DNA of 63,647 nt, counting the filler, from Intoshia linei (taxonomy: Eukaryota; Animalia; Orthonectida): the NCBI GenBank assembly GCA_001642005.1. It is 6 parts of 6 records of this genome, joined end to end, with 100 filler letters (N's around TTAATTAATTAA, not from the genome) between each part and the next. Parts side by side here need not be neighbours in the genome. Positions count along the whole stretch, not along the records: positions 52,252 to 58,806 come from LWCA01001659.1; positions 58,907 to 61,654 come from LWCA01002223.1; positions 61,755 to 63,647 come from LWCA01002469.1; 3 more parts are not named here. One strand, given 5' to 3'. The position numbers and the translations under genes were made by a program. Every line of letters begins with the position of its first letter. Within the stretch, counting starts at the first letter, position 1. The notes under the pieces are model-generated. The model did not search any database and was not told where the DNA came from. It worked only from the letters and a program-made list of their open reading frames with translations. Of this stretch, positions 54,470 to 63,647 are shown one piece after another.

Positions 54470-55500
54470 CAGTGGCGACACTGAGGTCAAAACGTTATTC
54501 GTGCTCAACACAGTACCATAAAAACGAAACATAAACTTAATATCACTACAATTAATTAACTTTAAATTAAATTTTATTATCTATAATTATTATTTATACA
54601 TATATTCTAATAAACGTGGTTTAATGGCAAACTCATCAAGAATCCGAGAATGTAGTTCTCCATTAATTTCCATTTCTTTTAACAATTTCTTCTCAATAGA
54701 TATTCTGGCAATACAGGAGAGTCTATCTTGCACCATTGTACAACTCAGATATAATCTAATTCTATTGAGCGTCGAAAAACTTCTTTCATTAGAAAACCGA
54801 AGTTATAGGGATGGTGAGTAATAATTCCATACATTTTATACTCTCTGGTAAGACATTTAATAGATCAGTTCTATATATATTGCAATAATTTCTGAATTGC
54901 GGTACATTTCTTAAAATCTTCATTTGCTAGTTAAAGATGATATATCAAAAATATCATGATATATTGAGTTCAACGCCGATATATGATGAGCCGGAAATAA
55001 AATAGAAAATTCATTGAATTTGGTGATATCAATTAATTCGAAAAAATTGTATTCTTCCATAAAAGCAAATCTTTCTCTTAAAGTAACTAGTACATTATCT
55101 ACAATTTCGAAAAATTTTGCTTTATAATTGATCTGCCTTCGTAGTAGTGTCACATGATAATCAATGTCATTAGAATTTAAAATATTATTTGTCCGTTCAA
55201 TAATACCTTCGAAATGTTCATTAGTACGTAACGCTTCAACAAATTTTTTGATTTTAGATGATCCAAATTTCATATTTAATTTTTTCATCTGTAATACGTC
55301 AAACAAAATGGCAGCATTAGACAATATATCATCGAAACAATTAAGAAAGAAAATAAAAGTAGAGTCGTTCAATTTTCCCAACAAAGTTTCAGCTATAAAT
55401 AAGGTATCATCATTCCATGATTGAGTATTATTAAGAAAATCTTGGAATACATTTTTTAATACATTTAAGGAATTCTTTATATATGATACTGTTCGGCATC
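54470..55500 (-). mobile_element. Decayed hAT transposon 3' end (C-terminal dimerisation domain) with TIR
   Basis: NERSFSTLNRIRLYLSCTMVQDRLSCIARISIEK (hAT dimerisation motif), FFEIVDNVLVTLRERF; terminus cagtggcg at 54470. Confidence 0.82.
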
Positions 55501-55835
55501 TTGTTTTTTTTAAAAATATGATTTACTTTTTAAATATAATATTTTAATATTGAAATAATCAAAGCAAAATGATTCTATCATAAAATATTGAAACGACAAT
55601 CACTATGCAGATATTATGTTTCGTTAGTAGATAAAAAATAAAATAGTAGATAAAGACTAGTTTATTTTTATTATCTACTTAGGTTCGTCTCTGGGTAGAC
55701 GGTACTGTAAAATTCTTTACAGACTGACGTCGATTTTGTTACAACTTACTATTTGTAATTTCAAGGGCCCCGATAACTTCTGGTAATCTTTTAAAACTGG
55801 AAAAAGCCATTTTCGAAAAAATGTGCTAAAATTTA

Positions 55836-57848
55836 TTAGTTTACATAAGATACATAATTTTTTCTCCTTTTATACCTTGTGAACAATAATAATAACAATA
55901 ATACAATGGGTATTAATATAAAAGTAATGTATATCCATTTTGATTTTGAATGAGTTCCCATAATGAAAGATTTATGTATTTGTAAATTTACTTTATTTTT
56001 ATTAAAATGTATGTCAAGCTCATGACAAGTCATATTATCCGAAACGAAATTAAACAGATTGGCCATACAGAACGACGAGTAATAATTTGAATCATAAACT
56101 TCTTCATATCCCATTGGGTCCAGTCTAACATTTTTTCCATTCAAACAAACTATACGTTTTCTATTACGATTATTGGGCAAATAGCACAATTTTGTTTTTT
56201 CTTGGATAACATATCCGTGAGCACAAGAGTAATCAGTGTTAAGACATTGACAGGTAATATTACGTTGTGCTACCAGTTGATATTTTGTCAGGTAGCAATA
56301 TTCGTAATCATAAATATTTTTATCTAAATTAACTGAATAAGTATACGTGTATCCATAATCGCAATTAGTGATAGTAGAAATGGAATTTTGTCGACATTTG
56401 TTGATATTCTTTAAGTGTATATGACGAGTAGTTAGATCGATTTTGTTAATTTGACTAATGATTAAATTTCCACTTTTATAATACGCGTAAAATGGTTCTT
56501 CAAAATAAAAATAGTGAATATAATTCGGAGAATAATTTTTCAAAATATTCCAAGAGCGACAACCATCAAACGAGACTACAGCATTGGTAGTAGTATACAT
56601 TAAAACCAGAGCCATATCATTGTTTACCATTATATTATAATGTGCCATTACGCCCTGATACAAGTTATTCACGTGATGAAAATTGTCAAAACTAAAATAT
56701 GCTTTGAAATAGTTCTTGATGGGTATTTGTATCATTGCATAGCTATATAGATAGTAATATTTCAATATACTGTTGTAGGAATTCTGGATATCAGACAATT
56801 TCGACCATTCATCTCCTTGTGAGAAACTTATATAATGTTTAGAATTTTTTCGTATCAGTATCATAGTGTTCATGGTATTGTGACCACTTTTGTCGTCGCT
56901 AAATTTAGATTGACCTAAAAATGTAAAATCACCACTGTGCGTACTCATTAATGGCATATACCTTGTCAAACTTTTATCACTTTTAAACCAATATTTTTTT
57001 TGTGTGCTATATATATACTTTTCTTGGGTGAATATAGATTTCACTAAGGCTAGCTTATCAATTTTTTGTTCTGTTGTGATAAAGCCGATTATTATCCTAC
57101 TTTGGCATATAATTATTTTAGTAATTTTAGTAGATTTGGCGTGAATTAATTTAGAAGTTTCAAAATTATCAAACTTTAATTTAGTCATATCTCCATATTT
57201 ATCGTGTACCAAGTATTCTTGACTAATTTTATCAAAAAAAAAATTTTGCTTTACAAAATTTTCTGGTCTTTTAATTAATTTCAGGTAACTATTTGATAAA
57301 TTGAATAAATAAACTTTACCTTTTGAATATAAAAATAACTGGTTTTTATGATACCAGTCAATTGAAATGTATTTAATATTTGGTAGATAAATTTTTTTGA
57401 CAAAATCATTAACATAATATAAATGTGTTTTACCTGCGCATAATATCGAATTGTTCACATATATCAGAAATAAATGTATGGGTACATAATAATTTACTTT
57501 CTTTACCTTCAAATCTTTGAAAAAATACATAAAATATGTGATATCTCGATTTTTCACTTTGCAATGCAATACTCCAATTGTATAATGATTATAAAATTTA
57601 CTTTGATCAATATAAGTGCGTTTGAATCGGATGGAATTTACATCTGCATAAACTTGCCATATTCTTTGAAATTTAGCATAATTGAATTTATATATACGTA
57701 CATAATGATCTGTCATGAAAATGAAAAAATTGGAAATTCTATGAAAGTTTGGATTTTGGTTTAAATATTTGTTTTCGGTTAAATAGAAATCTAGTTCAGC
57801 CATTTTTATACTTATAATTAAAATCGATACAAAAATTTTGATTAACAT
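55836..57848 (-). CDS. Intronless 670-aa VPS10/sortilin-like type I membrane protein, highly divergent
   Basis: Signal peptide; Asp-box-like YISFSQGDEWS, YFSFDNFHH, VVSFDGCRSWN; 10CC-like CQCLNTDYSCAHGY...C...C..G...GY; TM WIYITFILIPIVLLLLLLF; short tail RYKRRKNYVSYVN. Confidence 0.75.
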   Translation of the reverse strand: MLIKIFVSILIISIKMAELDFYLTENKYLNQNPNFHRISNFFIFMTDHYVRIYKFNYAKFQRIWQVYADVNSIRFKRTYIDQSKFYNHYTIGVLHCKVKNRDITYFMYFFKDLKVKKVNYYVPIHLFLIYVNNSILCAGKTHLYYVNDFVKKIYLPNIKYISIDWYHKNQLFLYSKGKVYLFNLSNSYLKLIKRPENFVKQNFFFDKISQEYLVHDKYGDMTKLKFDNFETSKLIHAKSTKITKIIICQSRIIIGFITTEQKIDKLALVKSIFTQEKYIYSTQKKYWFKSDKSLTRYMPLMSTHSGDFTFLGQSKFSDDKSGHNTMNTMILIRKNSKHYISFSQGDEWSKLSDIQNSYNSILKYYYLYSYAMIQIPIKNYFKAYFSFDNFHHVNNLYQGVMAHYNIMVNNDMALVLMYTTTNAVVSFDGCRSWNILKNYSPNYIHYFYFEEPFYAYYKSGNLIISQINKIDLTTRHIHLKNINKCRQNSISTITNCDYGYTYTYSVNLDKNIYDYEYCYLTKYQLVAQRNITCQCLNTDYSCAHGYVIQEKTKLCYLPNNRNRKRIVCLNGKNVRLDPMGYEEVYDSNYYSSFCMANLFNFVSDNMTCHELDIHFNKNKVNLQIHKSFIMGTHSKSKWIYITFILIPIVLLLLLLFTRYKRRKNYVSYVN

Positions 57849-58082
57849 TTGAAATATTTATAATAGTTGATAGAATTAATCAATCTTTTATTTATTTTGT
57901 AATAAATAATATTCAGTAAATATTGACATTACTGAAATATCATCTATAGTTCTTGAAATGTTTCAAATATAGTTTTATCTCTATACCTCGCCTTTCTTGG
58001 GCTTGGAATAAGTTGGTGAGATAGGGAATTTAAAACTATAAAAACAACAGATAGAACCTTTAAATTAGAGACTAAATTACAA

Positions 58083-59075
58083 TCCTTACTTATATAATAT
58101 GTTACGCAATATTTGTTTGTGTGTTATAAAGTCTACATTTCAATTACAGTTTTTTCCGGGACTTATAATAAGATAAATTTCAACCTCCCAAACTCACATT
58201 TTACGAGTCAAAAACCCCAATTGTCCTTTTTTGAAAATCAAACGAATTGGAAAATTTATAAAAATATATATGCTGATACGGATTTTAAAATCATAAACAT
58301 TATCATAAATTTAAATGCTGATGCGGATTTTAAAATCATAAACATTATCATAAATTTAAATTTAAAAAAATACACTGATGCGGATTTTAAAATCATAAAC
58401 ATTATCATAAATTTAAATTTAAAAAAATTATATTTTCAAAGCCAAAACCATAAATTACTCTTTTTTTTATTATGAAAACAGCGCTATGATTTAAAACAAT
58501 TAACAGGTGGTACAGTTGTATCCTGTGAACACACACAAAAAATTTTAATTCGAATAAGTGACGACTTCACGGTCAAAAAAGCATTTAAGTATTCATATAT
58601 TTTTTTTCCGAAATATTTTATGAAAACAAAATGTGAAATAATTAACTGTCTAAAAATTAAAAAAAATTATTATTCTGATAGAGCTTATTCCAGTTGATAT
58701 AAATACAAAATTTCAACCCCAAGAAATCAACCAGTGACTACTAGTGATTTTTGCGGTGAAAAATAATTTTTAATATATTATCAACCAATATTTTTCAAAT
58801 ATTTCGNNNNNNNNNNNNNNNNNNNNNNNNNNNNNNNNNNNNNNNNNNNNTTAATTAATTAANNNNNNNNNNNNNNNNNNNNNNNNNNNNNNNNNNNNNN
58901 NNNNNNCGGTTCCACCTGAAATAAATTTGGGAACTACTCATTTAAAGGATTGATAATAGTGAATAGTAGCATTCTTACATTAGATTTTCAACTTGAATTT
59001 ATTTTTTTGGCAGAATAAAAATGTGCCTCAGCAGAGCTAGATTATATTTGTACGTAGTACATAACAGTAAACTAA
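58083..59075 (+). mobile_element. Helitron-family copy spanning an assembly gap
   Basis: A^TCCTTACTTATATAAT start; three tandem ctgatRcggattttaaaatcataaacattatcataaatttaaat units; 3' hairpin tgtacgtagtaca near 59050-59066. Confidence 0.7.
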
Positions 59076-59662
59076 TAGTACATAAAACTGTAGTTATTAA
59101 CCCTTACACACCAAAATATTTTATGTGAGATTTTAAAAATGACGAATATATAAAATGTAAGTACAAAATGAGATTTCAATCTTAGGTATTAGAATATAAA
59201 CACGCTCATTTATCGATTATTTTTATCTTTTTTGATACACAAGAAATAATTTAAATTGATGACATACTATTTATATATAGTTACAAATACAAAATGGTTA
59301 TTTCATTTCGAAAGCTTCACAGTCACAGGCCGACAATAATTCTGTATTAAAAATTAGTGCAGTATATCTTTGGTTTTATCATATCTATAACTGGTTAAAC
59401 TAATAAAATTAAAATTTTCGTGTAACGAATATAATTTTCTTAGAACCAGAGATCAGTTGATTAACGTTAACGACGACTTTGACGACCTCCATAAAAGTAT
59501 TTAGCACATACTATATACAATATTAAAAAATTTTTTGATTAATATTGCCGAATCCGCTATTGAATTGTGCGTATCTAATGTAAACAAAACTCAATAATAT
59601 TTTACTTTTATAAACGACTTTAATTAAATCGGAGTGAAAATAGAACTACATTGTGTAAAAAA

Positions 59663-61531
59663 ATGCCAACAATTTCAATAAAAGGAGGAAAAACAATTCA
59701 GTTAACGGTTCGAACATTGTTTTCCTCTGAAATACATAAAATTGAAAAGTATCATAATTTATGGAAACCAAAACTTTACAATCGAATAAATCTAGTAGAA
59801 ATTGTGTAAATTTACCAATATATTTTATGTACTCTTGTTCCCATCCATGCGTTACTACTCGTAACGTAACTTACGAGGGACCAAAATCCAACTATTAAAT
59901 ATAAAAAATGGGACTTTTTTGGTTTGTATCAAAAAGTGAAAGATTTTGAGCAGTATTTATTAAAAAGAAAAAAATTTAAATAGTTTTTCAAAGATGGTTT
60001 CTAGATAATTGAGATAAAAATATTATAATTAAGATTGTAAAGTTATTTCGTAGTTAAAAATTAAATCGGTTATTGCGTAGGCTAGAAATCAAAAAAAGAC
60101 TTTATTTAAGATTTTTTATATCAAAGTGGGACTAAGGTTAAAGAACCGTAAGTAAACTGACAAAGTTGGGCATATCTACCTTATACCACCAGAATATTTA
60201 TTCAGAATAAATTTAAGAAACGATTCACAAAAAAATAACATAATAATAAAAACTACTCATTGTGAGCCAAAAAATCTTGACAACTGACTTTAAATAAACT
60301 TTGATCAGCAAGTAGTATCATTTTTTGTATAAACTATCCAAAGTTGTTGAAAAAAGATCATCATACTTTTTATTATGTCGCGTTTGGATGCGTTAAATAT
60401 TAACAATATACATTTATTAAGTAATTTAGTGAAAAATCAATCATTTCAATAGCATTAATTGATGAAAATGATAATGATAAAATATACGCTGTAGCCATAT
60501 TTAATTATAAACCAAATCGTTTTCCATACTCAAATAAATTATTAGAACAAGTAGGAAATGACGCTGAACCGAAATTTACGCAATTAAATAGTATATGGCT
60601 AAATTATTATGTGTCAGACCCAGTTTGTACGAAATCTCCTATTGCAGAATTATTAAAAGCACTTTTTACAATAAATTACGATGTTGAATATTGTGTTATG
60701 GACGTTTTACAAGAACGAATACGTATTAATTTTTATTATTAATATTTCAATATACATTTTATGTATTTATTTTAGTGACTAAAAGTGAAATAGAACAAGA
60801 TGATGAATTGAATGTAATTTATAAAAATTTTCAACCCATACATGAAATGGATACAATTGAGAAAGAATCAAATACCAATCAGTTAACCAAACATCATTTT
60901 GTTTTTTTAGTAGCTGTAAGAAACGATTTTATTCCTAGATTAAGAATTAGATCTGCAAGGGTTGAAGATAATGATGATCTTGTGCCCATTTTTAATAAAC
61001 AAACAAACATTTTAAGAAAAACGTACGGCGAATATTTTTTAGCAGAATTAATTGAAGCTCAAGACAATACCATGAAGTGTATAGTAGCTGAAGTTAATGG
61101 CCGAGCAATAGCATTTATGAGCATTTCTACTGAAGTTTCATATGATACAGTTAGAGACTGTTGTCTATTTAATACGTTTTATAAAAACAAAGAAGATGTT
61201 AAGCAACGTAAAAACAATGATGCTAATTTCGATAATTTCACTGATAATGTGAAAAATTGTGTAAGAAAATTAGATGATGCAAATATAACTGAGAAAGATA
61301 ACACAATACATAATAATGAGAATAATAGCATTGAAAATCATGATAACAGTAATAATGATGATATTGATATAATTAATAACTTTGATGATGTTATATCAAA
61401 TAAGGAAAACAATGAAACCAATATAGAAATTGAAAAAGATGTAAATATAGAAGATGAAATACATGAATATGAAATGAATGAATCAACTTCCCAACTATCT
61501 GAAAAATTACCTTCCAATGAACTTTCTTATG
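59663..61531 (+). CDS. CFAP61: Cilia- and flagella-associated protein 61 (C20orf26), 5' exons only
   Basis: IV/EKSIISIAL...AIFNYKPN; LRIRSARVEDNDDLVPIF....L..TYGEYFLAELIEAQD....IVAEV.G.AIAFMSI..EV followed by an acidic low-complexity insert. Confidence 0.9.
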
Positions 61532-61550
61532 GTTTATTTTTATATATTGA

Positions 61551-61654
61551 CTAGCTTGGCTGTTTTGTACTACGTTCAAACAGCACCTAGCTCTGCCGAG
61601 GGCACTCTTTTATTATATCAAAAAAATAAATTCACGTTGAAAATCTAACTTAAA
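61551..61654 (-). mobile_element. Helitron 3' terminus in a CFAP61 intron
   Basis: On the minus strand: gctgtttgaacgtagtacaaaacagc hairpin followed by caagCTAG^T, the canonical Helitron 3' end. Confidence 0.78.
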
Positions 61655-61754
61655 NNNNNNNNNNNNNNNNNNNNNNNNNNNNNNNNNNNNNNNNNNNNTT
61701 AATTAATTAANNNNNNNNNNNNNNNNNNNNNNNNNNNNNNNNNNNNNNNNNNNN

Positions 61755-61925
61755 TTTGTGTTTAACAGACGACCTATGACTCTGCACATCATATAATTTT
61801 TCAAATGAAACATCATAATTGCATTTGATACAAATTAATCTGCCGGCCTTCATTTTAAATTCATTTGGAAATATTCTTTAAATATTATTAATTTTTTATT
61901 GTCTCGACTTTGGAAATTTAGGCAT
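61755..61925 (-). pseudogene. N-terminal zinc-finger fragment of a CGGBP1-related/hAT-like transposase
   Basis: MPKFQ...FPNEFKMKAGRLICIKCNYDVSFEKLYDVQSHRSSVKH (C2H2/BED-like); frameshifted and cut by a gap. Confidence 0.6.
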
Positions 61926-62161
61926 TAACTGATTATTAGATTAAAATTTAGTGAAGATTCAGATTTGTAAAATTTAAATTTAATGTACATTGCTCTGTGC
62001 AATTGGCACATGTAAATAATTGAATATTTGAAAATCTAACTTTATTAACATTTGGAAAAAATTTTAATTAGTCAATTAATATTGACGATATTGGTGCCAT
62101 CCTGCTGGAAATGTTAAACTATTTAACATATCAAATTTTAACTTTCTGAAATTTGGTTTCC

Positions 62162-62506
62162 CTAGTCATCACACTTGTAGTGATAAAAGATGTTGATGTT
62201 TGTATTTTGTAGCAACCAATTGTATCATATATTATCAGATAGGCCATCTGCAGCTTCTACATGCTAAATTATAGGAAATTTGTTTTATCATATTTCAGCA
62301 GTCAGACTGATTCAATATTGCCATTTTGGTATTTAATCATAAATTATCTGATTAATATATTTCCTGACTGCTGAAATATGATAAAACAAATTTCCTATAA
62401 TTTGGCATGTAGAAGCTGCAGCCATCTGATAATATATGAGATGTATATGGTATGTGAGATATATATCTGAGATAACATTTTTTATCATTACAAGTGTGAT
62501 TACTAG
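62162..62506. repeat. Long imperfect inverted repeat (arms ~62162-62306 and 62364-62506)
   Basis: ctgcagcttctacatgctaaattataggaaatttgttttatcatatttcagcagtcag is mirrored at 62364-62422; ctagtcatcacacttgtagtgataaaa is mirrored at ~62479-62506. Confidence 0.9.
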
Positions 62507-62729
62507 AGTAGACAAAAGCAAGTAAAATGATCGAAATGATCTTTTACTCGACAATAATTGACATCTGCTCGTTTTAATAAAAATATTTTATGATTCTCGG
62601 AATGTGAAACTGTGTTTGTTTTTCATTTTATAGTGCTCGAAATTTTCAAAATTTAATTGCTTTTTTGTGTCTAGTAGATATATATAGATATATAATATTA
62701 CTGTCACTGTCCATCATATAAGTAAACAT

Positions 62730-63647
62730 TTTGTATTCATTACGACTAAATTTAAATTAAACATTGCATATTATGCAATAAAAACATGCGAGAAAGGATG
62801 TGAACAGACATCTAAACACATCAAAACACCTTATAAAATTTGATGATTTAAAGAAACGTATCCATTGAAATTACTACCTAAAAGTTCTTTTGGCAACCCG
62901 GATTGTAAGATTATTTACCCGGTTAAATATAGATTTTTTTGAAGCTTATAATCAAAAAATGTTATCTGTATCAGCCACAAGAAACATCGTCAAATATTTA
63001 GGAGATGTTGAGTTGACAAGAGTAAAATAGATCGTTAAAGAAAAAAATATATTTATGGTAGTTAATGAGTCTCGAATATCATGATTGTTGTAATTTCGGA
63101 TCCTTATAAAGTATATGCTTTTAAATGTATACCTTTGCAGAATTCAGTTAATGCAAATTTTGTGTGCACAGCCATCGATGATGTGATCCGAGAGTTACCA
63201 ATAGAACGAAAAAATTCGTATTATTAGTATCAGACGCAGCACCGTATATAATCTCAGCTACAGGTACTTTAAAAGTTTTATACAATAGCACCTACATTAT
63301 TCCTACATTGCATTACCTGCACTGGACATCTAGTGCATAATTGTGCCATGAAAGTAAAAGCTCATTTCTCTTACGTTGATGAATTAATTACGTCAATTAA
63401 ATTATCAATAATCAAAAATAAAACAAAAAAGCACTTTTTAAGGAAATTGGAAAACCTCCCGAACCTATCATAACAAGATGGTCAAGCTGGATTAAAGCTG
63501 CATTATGGTATTGCGATTAGCTTCTGGTTGTTAAAACTATTGTACAATCATATGAAGATTAGGGTGTCAACGGTATCTTAAATGCAATGCCGATCAGGAA
63601 TAATTAGATGCTTATATACATTTAAAGTGTTAATTCGTTGAAAAAAA
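62730..63647 (+). pseudogene. Decayed CGGBP1-related/hAT-like transposase
   Basis: FVLLVSDAAPYI, LHYTCTGHLVHNCAMKVK-like segment, KPPEPIITRWSSWIKAALWYC; many stops and frameshifts. Confidence 0.78.

Noticed and set aside
58272-58420. Regularly spaced ~45-bp repeats (also 44307-44470 and 37775-37900) resembling a CRISPR array
   Set aside because: No unique spacers, eukaryotic context and no cas genes; these are minisatellites inside the Helitron.
1-61531. Apparent ciliary/centriole gene cluster (PLK4, CFAP20, ZMYND10, CFAP61)
   Set aside because: Interspersed with unrelated genes and separated by five assembly gaps; ciliary genes are a large share of a small ciliated-animal gene set.

Overview
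Very AT-rich eukaryotic (metazoan) genomic DNA, not prokaryotic. Genes are split by many tiny (~30-45 nt) GT-AG introns, and the gene set includes a nicotinic receptor and motile-cilia genes. This fits a compact-genome ciliated invertebrate such as an orthonectid (inference only). The first ~25 kb is densely packed: PLK4, nAChR alpha subunit, CFAP20, TFDP/DP, PGAP2, a MYND-containing USP19-like deubiquitinase, AKAP17A, COX5A, a patatin lipase and ZMYND10. The remaining ~38 kb is transposon-rich (Helitrons, hAT and Tc1/mariner MITEs and fossils, a gypsy remnant with LTR). It holds a multi-exon GCC2_GCC3/EGF-repeat gene, MCCC1 and the 5' part of CFAP61. Five 100-nt N-TTAATTAATTAA-N linkers mark assembly joins, so adjacency across them is uncertain. 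The most interesting observation is a pair of intronless, highly diverged VPS10/sortilin-like type I membrane protein genes. One is intact (670 aa) and one is a pseudogene nested antisense in MCCC1 intron 1, and each has a copy of the same Helitron family head-to-head just upstream of its start codon. Also notable are an MCCC1 with no mitochondrial presequence and a stripped-down USP19-like enzyme. All calls come from manual translation and motif recognition; no database searches were run.
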